This document shows, one piece after another, positions 1-9,734 of a DNA stretch of 49,719 nucleotides. The notes below the pieces were generated by a model. That model was not told the origin of the DNA. It saw nothing but the letters and a program-made list of their open reading frames with translations, and searched no databases. A program made the position numbers and the translations under genes. The first letter of the stretch is position 1; every line of letters starts with the position of its first letter. The stretch lies in the sequence record DRR378314_1276; one strand, written 5' to 3'.

Positions 1-1
1 C

Positions 2-484
2 CGCGCCGGCGAGCACGGCCGCGGCTTCGCCGTGGTGGCCCAGGAAGTGCGCACCCTGGCGGGCCGCTCCGGCGACGCCTCCCGGGAGATCCGCGAGCTG
101 GTGGACCGCTCCGTGACCAGCACCCAGACCGGCGCCGGCCTGGTCAAGAACGCCGGCCGCACCATGGAAGACATCGTCGCCAGCATCGACAAGGTCACCC
201 GCGTGATCAGCGAGATCAGCACCGGCGCCCAGGAACAGAGCCAGGGCATCGGCCAGGTCAACACCGCCGTCGCCGAGCTGGACACCATGACCCAGCACAA
301 CGCCTCCATGGTGGAAGAAACCAGCTCCGCCGCCGAGGAGATGCGCCATCAGGCCGAGCAGCTGGCGGCCCTGATCGCCAGCTTCCGCCTCAGCGGCCAG
401 ACCGATGACCACGGCGGCGAGCGGGTGCCGGTGCTGCGTGCCGTCGCCGCCGACCGGTACGACCCGGAAGGCCGCGCCGCCTGA
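2..484 (+). CDS. Methyl-accepting chemotaxis protein, C-terminal signalling domain (5' partial)
   Basis: Frame from position 2 reads RAGEHGRGFAVVAQEVRTLA (MCP hairpin tip), followed by the EQSQGIGQVN and QHNASMVEE methylation helices. Confidence 0.95.
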   Translation, partial: RAGEHGRGFAVVAQEVRTLAGRSGDASREIRELVDRSVTSTQTGAGLVKNAGRTMEDIVASIDKVTRVISEISTGAQEQSQGIGQVNTAVAELDTMTQHNASMVEETSSAAEEMRHQAEQLAALIASFRLSGQTDDHGGERVPVLRAVAADRYDPEGRAA

Positions 485-499
485 CCGGCGTGCCCCTTT

Positions 500-1621
500 T
501 CAGAGCCGCCGGTTCAAACCGCTGTTGAGCAGCAGGCGCACCACGTCCTGCTGCTTGCTGACGCCCAGCTTGCCGAAAATGCTCTTTAACTGGCTGCGCA
601 CGGTTTCCCTGGAGACCTGATGCCGTTCGGCGATCTGTTCCACCGACAGCCCGTTGACCAGGGCGCTGGCGACCCCGCTTTCCGCCCGGGTGAAATGGAA
701 CAAGGCGGCCAGGTCCTCTTCGCAGGCAGCGAACGGGTGGCCCGGGTCGGACACGTACAGGACGATCTCACCCTCGCCGTAGACACCGGACAGGGACTCA
801 GGGGCGTCCTCCCGCAGCGTCGCCAGGACGATCAGCGGGTGCGGCCGGTCCGGATGGTTCAGCCCCACCGCCTGCTGCCTGGCCTTGCCCTGCCGCAGGC
901 CGGCCACCGCGGCCCACAACTCCGCCGCGTCGCTTGGATACCAGGTGCGAAGTCTGGCGCCATCCATCAGCAGCCCGGCGTGCCGCGACAGCAGGCGCTC
1001 GGCGGCGGCGTTGTGGTAGGTCACCTGGTCCTGCCCGTTCAGCACCACCACGCCATGCATCAGCTCGGACAACACCGACTGCAGTGAGGCGGCCCGGTGT
1101 GTCGCCTGCTGCAACGCCTTGTCGATGCGCAGCGCACGCTGAAAGTGCGGGGCCAGCACGTCCAGCAACTGCAGCTCCCGGTCGCCGAACGGCTCGGCCT
1201 TGAAGGACCGGTGCACACCGATACCGGCATGCCATTCCTTGTCGTTGAACAGGCTGATGGCGGCGACATAGCCCAGATCGTTGGGCTTCATGATCAGACG
1301 GTAGTAAAGCGGGTTCTCCGCCACCTGCTCGTCGTGCCGCACCACCAGGGCCGCTTCCGCCACCGGGCGCGCGGCCTGAATACGGTAGACCGGATCATGC
1401 CTGGAGAGACCGAGCCGGTAGGTCGCTTCAGCGAACCGGGGCAGCCCGTGGTTGGCCAGCAGATACCGTTTGCCCGAGGCGTGATCTTCCACGTGGATGC
1501 CGCCGGACTTGGCGCCCAGCAGCCGGCAGAGGCGGTCGAGGACCGTGCCCCAGTGGCCGGGCCGGTACGACGCCTCGTAAATGTCCCCAATGAACGACAG
1601 CAACCCTTCTTCGGCGGCCAA
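500..1621 (-). CDS. LuxR-family HTH transcriptional regulator with N-terminal sensor/PAS region
   Basis: C-terminal FTRAESGVASALVNGLSVEQIAERHQVSRETVRSQLKSIFGKLGV is a LuxR HTH. GVVVLNGQDQVTYHNAAAERLL is PAS-like. The TTG start is uncertain. Confidence 0.85.
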   Translation of the reverse strand: MAAEEGLLSFIGDIYEASYRPGHWGTVLDRLCRLLGAKSGGIHVEDHASGKRYLLANHGLPRFAEATYRLGLSRHDPVYRIQAARPVAEAALVVRHDEQVAENPLYYRLIMKPNDLGYVAAISLFNDKEWHAGIGVHRSFKAEPFGDRELQLLDVLAPHFQRALRIDKALQQATHRAASLQSVLSELMHGVVVLNGQDQVTYHNAAAERLLSRHAGLLMDGARLRTWYPSDAAELWAAVAGLRQGKARQQAVGLNHPDRPHPLIVLATLREDAPESLSGVYGEGEIVLYVSDPGHPFAACEEDLAALFHFTRAESGVASALVNGLSVEQIAERHQVSRETVRSQLKSIFGKLGVSKQQDVVRLLLNSGLNRRL

Positions 1622-1648
1622 AAGGTACCCCGCGAACCCAAACCCCGT

Positions 1649-1665
1649 TATTCCTTAAGGGAATA
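1649..1665. promoter_or_regulatory. Inverted repeat TATTCC-N5-GGAATA, candidate autoregulatory operator of the LuxR gene
   Basis: Palindrome about 30 bp upstream of the LuxR start. Function is inferred only. Confidence 0.35.
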
Positions 1666-1691
1666 GCAAAAGTCGTTTAGGGCGTCAAATA

Positions 1692-1707
1692 TGTGAATGG
1701 CATCACA
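1692..1707. promoter_or_regulatory. CRP/Vfr-type binding site TGTGA-N6-TCACA
   Basis: Exact consensus core TGTGA atggca TCACA in the divergent luxR/glyA intergenic region. Confidence 0.65.
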
Positions 1708-1772
1708 TCCGCCCGGCGGCGGGCGGCGCCTGCTCCGTGAGCGTGGCTCCTGCCGGAATGAGTGCAACTCAA

Positions 1773-1802
1773 GTGCCAACCGGGCCCCTTTTTGGTTAGA
1801 AT
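1773..1802 (+). promoter_or_regulatory. Putative sigma70 promoter of glyA
   Basis: -10 TAGAAT at 1797-1802 followed by the GC-rich discriminator ACGCGCCC. Weak -35 GTGCCA at 1773-1778. Confidence 0.5.
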
Positions 1803-1841
1803 ACGCGCCCCTGATCCCGCAATCCGACCCACAGGTAGCCC

Positions 1842-3098
1842 ATGTTCTCTAAATCCATGTCCATCGCCGAGTTCGACCCGGAAATCCAGGCCGCCATCGA
1901 CGCCGAGCGCGAGCGCCAGGAGCAGCACATCGAGCTGATCGCCTCCGAGAACTACGCCTCGCCCCGGGCCATGGAAGCCCAGGGCTCCGTACTCACCAAC
2001 AAGTACGCCGAGGGCTACCCGGGCAAGCGCTACTACGGCGGTTGCGAAAACGTGGACGTGGTCGAGAACCTGGCCATCGAACGCGCCTGCCAGCTGTTCG
2101 GCGCCGACTGGGCCAACGTCCAGCCCCACGCCGGCTCCCAGGCCAACGCGGCGGTCTACATGGCGGTGCTCAAGCCCGGTGACACCGTGCTCGGCATGAG
2201 CCTGGACGCCGGCGGTCACCTGACTCACGGCGCCAAGCCGAATTTCTCCGGCAAGATGTACAACGCCGTCCAGTACGGCCTGGACAACGACACCGGCCTG
2301 ATCGACTACGACCAGGTGGAAAAGCTGGCCCGCGAGCACAAGCCGAAGATGATCGTGGCCGGCTTCTCCGCCTACTCGCAGATCGTCGACTGGCAGCGCT
2401 TCCGTGACATCGCCGACGAAGTGGGCGCCATCCTGCTGGTGGACATGGCCCACGTGGCCGGCCTGGTCGCCGCCGGCGTCTACCCCAGCCCGGTGGGCAT
2501 CGCCGACATCACCACCACCACCACCCACAAGACCCTGGGCGGCCCGCGCGGCGGCCTGATCATGGGCAAGGCCAACGAAGACCTGCAGAAGAAGATCAAC
2601 TCCGCCGTCTTCCCCGGCGGCCAGGGCGGCCCCCTGGAGCACGTCATCGCCGCCAAGGCGATCTGCTTCAAGGAAGCCATGGAGCCGGAATTCAAGACCT
2701 ACCAGCAGCAGGTGGTGAAGAACGCCAAGGCGATGGCCAAGGTGTTCATCGACCGTGGCTTCGACGTGGTCTCCAACGGCACCGAAAATCACCTGTTCCT
2801 GCTCAGCCTGGTCAAGCAGGACATCACCGGCAAGGACGCGGACGCCGCCCTCGGCCGCGCCCACATCACCGTGAATAAGAACGCCGTGCCCAACGACCCG
2901 CGCTCCCCGTTCGTCACCTCCGGCCTGCGCATCGGCTCCCCGGCCATCACCCGCCGCGGCTTCAATGAAGCCGACGCCACCGAACTGGCCGGCTGGATCT
3001 GCGACATCCTCGACAACATGGGCGACGAATCCGTGATCGACGCGGTGCGCGGCAAGGTCGGTGAGATCTGTAAGCGGCTGCCCGTTTACGAGCGATAG
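1842..3098 (+). CDS. glyA: Serine hydroxymethyltransferase
   Basis: [37 protein letters not shown] (PLP lysine) and [19 protein letters not shown] motifs. Confidence 0.99.
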   Translation: MFSKSMSIAEFDPEIQAAIDAERERQEQHIELIASENYASPRAMEAQGSVLTNKYAEGYPGKRYYGGCENVDVVENLAIERACQLFGADWANVQPHAGSQANAAVYMAVLKPGDTVLGMSLDAGGHLTHGAKPNFSGKMYNAVQYGLDNDTGLIDYDQVEKLAREHKPKMIVAGFSAYSQIVDWQRFRDIADEVGAILLVDMAHVAGLVAAGVYPSPVGIADITTTTTHKTLGGPRGGLIMGKANEDLQKKINSAVFPGGQGGPLEHVIAAKAICFKEAMEPEFKTYQQQVVKNAKAMAKVFIDRGFDVVSNGTENHLFLLSLVKQDITGKDADAALGRAHITVNKNAVPNDPRSPFVTSGLRIGSPAITRRGFNEADATELAGWICDILDNMGDESVIDAVRGKVGEICKRLPVYER

Positions 3099-3139
3099 GT
3101 GATGAGTTAATGGTTAACAGGAAATAGTTAATAGCGAAA
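3091..3139 (+). repeat. Left heptamer tandem array (consensus about AGTTAAT)
   Basis: agcgata ggtgatg agttaat ggttaac aggaaat agttaat agcgaaa: 7-nt periodicity, AT-rich in a GC-rich background. The first two units are degenerate. Confidence 0.8.
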
Positions 3140-3158
3140 CCAAACCGAGGCGTCAGGG

Positions 3159-3515
3159 ATGACGGGAAGGTTCGTGGCGCGGGAGAAATCCCGCGCTTTT
3201 GCGTTGCGGGTGGTGAAAAGCTGCCAATACCTGCAGAGTGAGAAGCAGGAATACGTCTTAAGCAAGCAGTTGCTGCGCAGCGGCACCGCAATCGGAGCGC
3301 TGGTGCGTGAGGCCGAGTACGCGGAAAGCCGCGCGGATTTCGTGCACAAGATGCATGTCGCCCTGAAAGAAGCCAATGAAACGGACTACTGGATAGATTT
3401 GTTGGCCGCCTCGGGTTACTTCCATCCGGATTCCGGGAAGTCTTTGCAGGCGGACTGCCGGCAACTCCTGAGAATATTGATCGCCATTATCAAAACCACC
3501 AAAAGTCGGCGATAA
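3159..3515 (+). CDS. Four-helix-bundle protein (23S rRNA IVP-like / TIGR02436-type family)
   Basis: KSRAFALRVV, EYVLSKQLLRSGTAIGALVREA, ESRADFVHKMHVALKEANETDYWIDLL are family signatures. Codon usage is visibly less GC-rich than neighbouring genes. Confidence 0.92.
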   Translation: MTGRFVAREKSRAFALRVVKSCQYLQSEKQEYVLSKQLLRSGTAIGALVREAEYAESRADFVHKMHVALKEANETDYWIDLLAASGYFHPDSGKSLQADCRQLLRILIAIIKTTKSRR

Positions 3516-3526
3516 TGTCCCCGTGT

Positions 3527-3568
3527 TTTCGCTATTCACTGTTCACTATTAATTCTTAACTGTTAACT
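3527..3568 (-). repeat. Right heptamer tandem array, inverted relative to the left array
   Basis: Plus strand tttcgct attcact gttcact attaatt cttaact gttaact. Reverse complement is agttaac agttaag aattaat agtgaac agtgaat agcgaaa. Confidence 0.8.
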
Positions 3569-3577
3569 GGTCCTCTC

Positions 3578-4072
3578 ATGTATTGTCCTTTCTGCGCCGC
3601 TCAGGACACCAAGGTGATCGACTCGCGTCTGGTTGCGGACGGCGGGCAGGTGCGCCGGCGCCGGGAATGCCTGAGCTGTAACGAGCGGTTTACCACCTTC
3701 GAGACCGCCGAGCTGGTGATGCCCCGGGTGATCAAGTCCGACGGCACCCGCGAGCCGTTCAACGAGCAGAAGCTGCGCGCCGGCATGCTGCGCGCCCTGG
3801 AGAAGCGGCCGGTGAGCGTGGAGGACCTGGAAGCGGCGATCAGCCGGCTCTGCCACCGTCTGCGCGCCACCGGCGAGCGGGAGGTGCCGGCCCGGCAGGT
3901 GGGCGGCTTCGTGATGGAGGCGCTGCAGCAGCTGGACGACGTGGCCTATGTGCGCTTCGCCTCGGTCTACCGCAGCTTCCAGGACATTTCCGAATTCGCC
4001 GCCGAGGTGGACCGTCTGCGCGGCCGCGCCGGCGGCGGCGAACCGCAAGACGACGATACCCCGCAGCAATGA
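3578..4072 (+). CDS. nrdR: Transcriptional repressor NrdR
   Basis: [31 protein letters not shown] zinc ribbon, ATP cone, and [13 protein letters not shown]. Confidence 0.98.
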   Translation: MYCPFCAAQDTKVIDSRLVADGGQVRRRRECLSCNERFTTFETAELVMPRVIKSDGTREPFNEQKLRAGMLRALEKRPVSVEDLEAAISRLCHRLRATGEREVPARQVGGFVMEALQQLDDVAYVRFASVYRSFQDISEFAAEVDRLRGRAGGGEPQDDDTPQQ

Positions 4073-5253
4073 GCGCCGGGCGGTTCAGCGACTTCGACCA
4101 TGAGTGCATGGCCCGGGCCCTGGAACTGGCCCGGCGTGCGCTCTACACCACCGACCCGAACCCGCGCGTCGGCTGCGTGCTGGCCCATGACAGCCTGATC
4201 ATCGCCGAGGGCTTCCACGCCCGGGCCGGCGACCCCCACGCGGAGCGCAACGCGCTGGCCACCGCCGGCGAGCACGCCCGCGGCGCCACCGCCTACGTCA
4301 CCCTGGAACCCTGCTCCCACACCGGCCGTACCGGCCCCTGCGCGGACGCCCTGATTGAGGCCGGCGTGGCACGCGTGGTCGCCGCCATGGAAGACCCCAA
4401 CCCCCAGGTGGCCGGCAGCGGCCTGCAGCGGCTCCGCGACGCCGGCATCCAGGTGGACACCGGTCTTCAGGAAGCGGACGCCCGCGCGCTGAACCCGGGC
4501 TTCGTGCTGCGCATGAGCCAGGGGCGGCCGCTGATCCGCATCAAGGCCGCCGCCAGCCTGGACGGCCGCACCGCCATGGCCAGCGGCGAATCCCAGTGGA
4601 TTACCGGCCCCGAGGCCCGCGAGGACGTGCAGCGTCTGCGCGCGCGCAGCAGCGCCATCGTCACCGGCATCGGCACGGTGCTGGCGGACCGGCCCTCCTA
4701 CACCGTGCGTCCCGAACAATGGCGGCATGGCGAGTACGCCGACGGCCCGGTCCGCGCGCCGCTGCGGGTGATCCTCGACCCGGCCCTGCGCACCCCGGTG
4801 GACAGCCCGGTGGTCACCGCCGACGGCGCCTGTCTGATCGCCCACGCCGACGACCCGGACGCCGCCCCGGACGACCGCCGCCGGGCGCTGGAACACGCCG
4901 GCGCCGAGCTGCTGGCGCTGCCTCGCGCCCGCGCCGCCAGCGATCCCGCCGAGCCCGGCGCCGCCGCCCGCGCGGAACGGCGCGGCCTCGACCTGCACGC
5001 CCTGATCGCCGAGCTCACCCGCCGCGAATGCAACGAGGTGCTGGTGGAATGCGGCGCCACCCTGGCCGGGGCCTTTGTCCGCGAGGCCCTGTTCGATGAG
5101 CTCATCGTCTACCTGGCCCCCACGCTGCTGGGCGCCGACGCCCGCGGCCTGCTGGATCTGCCGTTCGACCGCATGGACCAGCAGATCCGCCTGCAATGGA
5201 GCGATCTGCGCCGCGTCGGCGACGACCTGCGCCTGACGCTCACCCGACCGTAA
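4069..5253 (+). CDS. ribD: Bifunctional riboflavin deaminase/reductase RibD
   Basis: [40 protein letters not shown] and VECGATLAG motifs. Overlaps the nrdR stop (ATGA). Confidence 0.98.
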   Translation: MSAGRFSDFDHECMARALELARRALYTTDPNPRVGCVLAHDSLIIAEGFHARAGDPHAERNALATAGEHARGATAYVTLEPCSHTGRTGPCADALIEAGVARVVAAMEDPNPQVAGSGLQRLRDAGIQVDTGLQEADARALNPGFVLRMSQGRPLIRIKAAASLDGRTAMASGESQWITGPEAREDVQRLRARSSAIVTGIGTVLADRPSYTVRPEQWRHGEYADGPVRAPLRVILDPALRTPVDSPVVTADGACLIAHADDPDAAPDDRRRALEHAGAELLALPRARAASDPAEPGAAARAERRGLDLHALIAELTRRECNEVLVECGATLAGAFVREALFDELIVYLAPTLLGADARGLLDLPFDRMDQQIRLQWSDLRRVGDDLRLTLTRP

Positions 5254-5266
5254 ACGGAGGCGGCAC

Positions 5267-5851
5267 ATGACCCTGAACGTGGGGGTGTACCTGTACCCCG
5301 GTGTGGAACTGCTCGACTTCGCCGGCCCCTGTGAAGTGTTCACCACCGCCAACCGGCTGGCCCCGGAGGGCGCGCCGTTTTCGGTGTTCTCGGTGGCCGC
5401 CGAGCGGCGGCCGGCCACCAGCCGCGCGGGCGTGGTGATTCAGCCGGATTACAGCTTCGCGGATCATCCCCCGATCGACGTGGTGCTGGTGCCCGGCGGC
5501 GTGGTGGACGAGGTCGTGAACGAGGCGGCCGTGGTGGGCTGGATCGCGGAAGTCTCGGCGGCGGCGCGGCTCACCGCCTCAGTTTGCAACGGCGCCTTCC
5601 TGCTCGCCGCCGCCGGTGTCCTGGACGGCCGCCGGGTGACCACCCACTGGGAAGACATCGACGCCTTGCGCACTCGTTTCCCGGCGCTGAGGGTGGAGGA
5701 CGGGCCGCGCTGGGTGGATCAGGGCGACGTGGTCACCTCCGCCGGCATTTCCGCGGGCATTGATATGAGCCTGCATCTCGTGGAACGGTTACAGAGCCGT
5801 ACCCTGGCCGCCGCCACGGCACGGCAGATGGATTTTCACCGGGCGAGCTGA
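5267..5851 (+). CDS. DJ-1/PfpI family protein (InhA/ThiJ-like)
   Basis: ELLDFAGPCEVF, VLVPGG, SVCNGAFLLA, TTHW and VTSAGISAGIDM motifs. SD GGAGG. Confidence 0.92.
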   Translation: MTLNVGVYLYPGVELLDFAGPCEVFTTANRLAPEGAPFSVFSVAAERRPATSRAGVVIQPDYSFADHPPIDVVLVPGGVVDEVVNEAAVVGWIAEVSAAARLTASVCNGAFLLAAAGVLDGRRVTTHWEDIDALRTRFPALRVEDGPRWVDQGDVVTSAGISAGIDMSLHLVERLQSRTLAAATARQMDFHRAS

Positions 5852-5871
5852 TTTCGGGGGAGGTCGCCGTC

Positions 5872-6609
5872 ATGCAATGCCCCAAATGCGAGCACCCGCG
5901 AGGCGCCGGGGACACCACCTGCGGCGGCTGCGGGCTGGTCTTTCACAAGTACGAAGCCTACCTGGAGCGCCAGCGCGAGCTGCGGGAAAATCAGACGCCG
6001 CCGGGCCCGGACGGCGCCGAGCGCCTGAAAGCGTTTTTCCAGAGCCTGCTGGTGCCACCGGATACCCTCTACCGTTACCCGGCCCTCTACGCGCTGCTCT
6101 GGGTGGGTCTGGTGGTGTGGGGCTGGAGCTACATCACACAGAGCCTCCACCAGCTCGGTTACCAGCCCGCCTTCCTGCACAACGTGAACCTGCCGTTCCA
6201 CGAAGCCGGGCACGTGATCTTCGGCATTTTCGGCCAGTTCATCGGTTCCCTGGGCGGCACCCTGGGGCAACTGCTGGTGCCGGTGATTTGCGGCATCGCC
6301 CTGCTGCGGCGCCACGACACCTTCGGCGCCAGCGTCTGCCTGTGGTGGTTCGGCGAGAACTTCCTCGACATCGCGCCCTACATGGCCGACGCCCGTGCCG
6401 GCGAGCTGCCGCTACTGGGCGGCAACTACGGCAAGTCCTCCCCCTACGGCTTCCATGATTGGGAATTCATTCTCGGCGAGACCGGGCTGCTGGCCTGGGA
6501 CAAGACGCTGGCGGCGCTGACGCTGAACAGCGGCCGGGCGATCATGGTGCTGGCCATGGTGTGGGGCGCCTGGCTGCTATGGCGGGGCTGGCGCCGACAG
6601 CGCGGCTGA
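5872..6609 (+). CDS. Membrane protein with N-terminal zinc ribbon and M50-like HExxH motif
   Basis: MQCPKC..CGGCG zinc ribbon, several hydrophobic helices, LPFHEAGHVIF and HDW. Confidence 0.75.
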   Translation: MQCPKCEHPRGAGDTTCGGCGLVFHKYEAYLERQRELRENQTPPGPDGAERLKAFFQSLLVPPDTLYRYPALYALLWVGLVVWGWSYITQSLHQLGYQPAFLHNVNLPFHEAGHVIFGIFGQFIGSLGGTLGQLLVPVICGIALLRRHDTFGASVCLWWFGENFLDIAPYMADARAGELPLLGGNYGKSSPYGFHDWEFILGETGLLAWDKTLAALTLNSGRAIMVLAMVWGAWLLWRGWRRQRG

Positions 6610-6611
6610 CC

Positions 6612-7880
6612 TCAGGAGGCGATGGCGACCACGCCGCGGCCGCGGTCCTTGGCCTGGTACAGCGCCTGGTCGGCGCGGCGCAGGGTGCGCCGCCAGTCGT
6701 CGTCGGTGAGCTCCGCGAACCCCATGCTGGCGCCGATGCGCAGGTCCTCGTTGTCGCCGGCGGGGATGCTTTCGAACGCCTCCAGCAGGCGCCGGGCGAT
6801 GGAGTCCGCCGCGTCCGGGTTGGCGTCCGCCAGAAACACCACGAACTCGTCGCCGCCCCAGCGGCAGGCGATGTCACCGTCGCGCATGGTGTGGTCGATG
6901 CGCTGCGCCACGGCGCGCAGCAAGGCGTCGCCCCGGGTGTGGCCGAAGCGGTCGTTAACGACCTTGAAATGATCCAGGTCGATGAACAGCAGACCGCCCC
7001 GGGCGTGGGGTCCGAGGCCGTCCAGATGGCTTTCCAGAAAGGCGCGGTTGAACAGTCCTGAAAGCGGGTCACGGGTGGCCTTGTCCGCCAGGTGCCGCAG
7101 CTGGTGGTCGGTCTCGGTGCGCTCGCTGAGCGTGCGCGAGTAATGAATCACCATCGCCGCCAGCGCCGCCACCTGGAACGCCACGAACCCCGGCGTCAGC
7201 GCGCTCAGCGGCAGCAATTCCACGCCCATCTCGCGCAGGGTGTCATGCACCCCGGTGAGAAACACCAGCACGAAGCCGATCACCGTCAGCCACCAGGCCA
7301 GGGTGCCGCCGGTGCGCCGGGCGCGGCGCACCATCCGCCAGTTGGTGTAGCTGAACGCCACCATGCACAGCACGAAGAAGGGCGCGCCGGCGGCGCCGTA
7401 ATCCGCGAACACCTGGCTGCCCTCGATGGTGGGCCGGTTGCTGGCGATGATCAGCGCCGGATGGTCCACCCACAGCACGCTGGCCAGCAGAGCGCCGGCC
7501 AGGTAAATCGCCGCCAGCCGCCAGCGCGGCTCGTGCCGGCGGCGCAGCACCCGGTGCATGCAGATCAGCGCCGCCAGCCCCATCACCACCGCGCTCAGCG
7601 CCACGCGGTAGGGCGTCATCACCGCGTCCAGGTCGCCGGTCACGGCGTCGATCCGCGAGGTCAGATCGCCGGCGATGTACACCGTCGCGCACAGGTTGGC
7701 CAGGGCGAACTGCAGCGCCGCCGGCGCTTCCCGGTCGCGGTACAGATACAGCGCCAGGGTGAACACACTCAGCAGCAGCAACAACGCCACGGCCGCGCCG
7801 GTGGCCATGATGTTCAGCCACAGCGTCCAGGTATCCGTCCCGGCGCCGGCCAGGAAGGTGGAAGCAGAGTGTTCAGGCAT
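6612..7880 (-). CDS. Diguanylate cyclase (GGDEF) with multi-TM N-terminal sensor
   Basis: DPLSGLFNR, DLDHFKVVNDRFGH, RDGD (I-site) and RWGGDEF, ADQALYQAK. About 7 hydrophobic segments. The start at ATG 7880 is uncertain. Confidence 0.92.
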   Translation of the reverse strand: MPEHSASTFLAGAGTDTWTLWLNIMATGAAVALLLLLSVFTLALYLYRDREAPAALQFALANLCATVYIAGDLTSRIDAVTGDLDAVMTPYRVALSAVVMGLAALICMHRVLRRRHEPRWRLAAIYLAGALLASVLWVDHPALIIASNRPTIEGSQVFADYGAAGAPFFVLCMVAFSYTNWRMVRRARRTGGTLAWWLTVIGFVLVFLTGVHDTLREMGVELLPLSALTPGFVAFQVAALAAMVIHYSRTLSERTETDHQLRHLADKATRDPLSGLFNRAFLESHLDGLGPHARGGLLFIDLDHFKVVNDRFGHTRGDALLRAVAQRIDHTMRDGDIACRWGGDEFVVFLADANPDAADSIARRLLEAFESIPAGDNEDLRIGASMGFAELTDDDWRRTLRRADQALYQAKDRGRGVVAIAS

Positions 7881-8059
7881 GGTTTCCGGGGCGACTAAAA
7901 AATGAGCGGCAAGAATACCAAAAACGCCCGTCAAAACCGTTGTTTCTTCGTTTCAGCTTATTCGGGACACGTCTCTGTGGCTTTGGGCTCTTTACCAAGC
8001 GGCTTTTGCTTTCTCCGGGTGGCCAGGGCTAAGCTCCTGAGAAAAATGAGGGCCTCACC

Positions 8060-8386
8060 ATGACCACCGGAACCTTTCGCCTGCTGCTCGTGCTCTGGGC
8101 GGCGCTGTTCGCGCTGCTGTTCGTTGTGATCGTGATTCCGCCGCTGATCGGTGACCCGGATCTGCTCGCCGCCATCAGTGCCGGTTTCGTCAATCCCTAT
8201 GCCACCGGCTATTCCCTGGACACCATCATGTGCTGGGTGGTGCTCACCACCTGGGTGGCTTACGAAGCGAAGGCCCGGCCGGTAAAACACGGCTGGATCG
8301 CGCCGCTGCTGGGGCTGGTGCCCGGCGTCGCCACCGGCTTCGCCGTCTACCTGCTGTTGCGGCTCAATTCAGGCACCAATAAGTGA
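8060..8386 (+). CDS. Small membrane protein (DUF2834-like)
   Basis: Three hydrophobic segments, [12 protein letters not shown] and [18 protein letters not shown]. Confidence 0.65.
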   Translation: MTTGTFRLLLVLWAALFALLFVVIVIPPLIGDPDLLAAISAGFVNPYATGYSLDTIMCWVVLTTWVAYEAKARPVKHGWIAPLLGLVPGVATGFAVYLLLRLNSGTNK

Positions 8387-8709
8387 TTACACCGCTTCTC
8401 TACATCGCCGCCGCCCTGGCGGAAATCGCCGGCTGCTTTTCGGTCTGGGCCTGGTGGCGGCTGGAGAAAACGCCGCTGTGGCTGGTGCCCGGCCTGGTCA
8501 GCCTGGCGCTGTTCGCCTGGCTGCTCAGTCTCGTCGACACCGACTATGCCGGCCGCGCCTACGCCGCCTACGGCGGCGTCTATATCGTTATGTCGCTGCT
8601 CTGGTTGTGGCTGGTGGAGCAGCGCGCCCCCGACCGCTGGGACCTGCTCGGCGCCGGAATCTGCCTCGTCGGCGCCGGCGTCATTTTGTTCGGCCCGCGC
8701 GGCGCCTAA
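8383..8709 (+). CDS. YnfA/UPF0060 family small membrane protein
   Basis: [22 protein letters not shown] and PDRWDLLGA signatures. Confidence 0.93.
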   Translation: MITPLLYIAAALAEIAGCFSVWAWWRLEKTPLWLVPGLVSLALFAWLLSLVDTDYAGRAYAAYGGVYIVMSLLWLWLVEQRAPDRWDLLGAGICLVGAGVILFGPRGA

Positions 8710-9587
8710 CGCAACCCCAGCACCCATTCCCGCACCGCCGCGATGGCGGGTTCGCGCAGCCGTTCTTCCGGGTACACCAGGTGGAAGGGCTTGGCGTGCA
8801 GATCCGGCCCGAACGGCTGTACCAGCCGGCCGCTGGCCAGTTCGTCGGCGATCAGCGCCTTGCTCATCAGAGCGATCCCCTGACCGTCCAGGGCGGCGGT
8901 GATGGTGTGGGTCTCGTCGGAGAACACCAGGCCGGCGCCCATGTCCAGGTCGGGCACCCGCGCCAGCTTTTGCCAGGTCGTCCAGCTCAGCAGGGCTCCG
9001 GAATGGCTGGGCGGCTGGTAGTGCAGCAGGGTGTGCCGGTGCAGATCGTCGTGCCGGGTGATGCCCAGGGTCGGGCTGCAGGCGGGGACAAAGACGTTAT
9101 CGAACAGCTTCTCCGACACCAGCCCGGGCCAGTGGCCGTCCCCGTAGCGGATCGCCATGTCGGCGGCGACGCCGTCCAGCGCCACCAGGTCGTGGGAGAT
9201 CCGCAGGTTCAGATTCAGTTGCGGGTGGCGGTCACGCAGCAGGCACACCCAGGGCAGCAGAAAACGCCCGGCCACCGCCGGGATGGTGGACAGCGTGACG
9301 GTCTGGTGGCCCGGGTCGTGGCGCAGCCGGGCCACCGTTTCCGCGAGGGTATCGAACGCCTCGCTGGACGCCGTCAGCAGGGTCTGGCCGGCGCCGGTGA
9401 GCACCAGCTGGCGCGGTTTGCGCACGAACAGGGCCACGCCCAGGTAGTCCTCCAGCTGCCGCAGTTGGTGGCTGATGGCGGTGGGGGTCACCGACAGTTC
9501 CTGGGCGGCGGCTTTGGCGCTGCGGTGGCGGGCCGCCGCCTCGAAGGCGCGCAGGGCGGACAGGGAGGGCAGTTTGCGGGCGCTCAT
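8706..9587 (-). CDS. LysR-family regulator (GcvA/AmpR-like)
   Basis: [41 protein letters not shown] and [14 protein letters not shown]. Divergent from the azoreductase gene. Confidence 0.95.
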   Translation of the reverse strand: MSARKLPSLSALRAFEAAARHRSAKAAAQELSVTPTAISHQLRQLEDYLGVALFVRKPRQLVLTGAGQTLLTASSEAFDTLAETVARLRHDPGHQTVTLSTIPAVAGRFLLPWVCLLRDRHPQLNLNLRISHDLVALDGVAADMAIRYGDGHWPGLVSEKLFDNVFVPACSPTLGITRHDDLHRHTLLHYQPPSHSGALLSWTTWQKLARVPDLDMGAGLVFSDETHTITAALDGQGIALMSKALIADELASGRLVQPFGPDLHAKPFHLVYPEERLREPAIAAVREWVLGLR

Positions 9588-9734
9588 GGGGTGCCTTATG
9601 GATGAGTTTTATTTTGCCTTCACGGCAAGAATTCATCGTTTGTCGCGGCTTTAAGCCTCCGGTTTCATGGGAAGCCTGTCAAGCAGGAGTGAGATCAGCT
9701 CACCTGTAAGCCAACCCTGACCGGAGACAATGCC

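Noticed and set aside
3159-3515. Diversity-generating retroelement (Avd-like protein) or rRNA locus
   Set aside because: No reverse transcriptase, template/variable repeat pair or rRNA sequence in the window.
3091-3568. Heptamer arrays as a CRISPR array or IS terminal repeats
   Set aside because: The units are only 7 nt with no spacers. There is no cas gene or transposase and no clear target-site duplication.
4920-4985. Ala/Arg/Pro-rich insertion in RibD
   Set aside because: It is in frame and in a variable loop region, with no sign of an intein, frameshift or mobile element.
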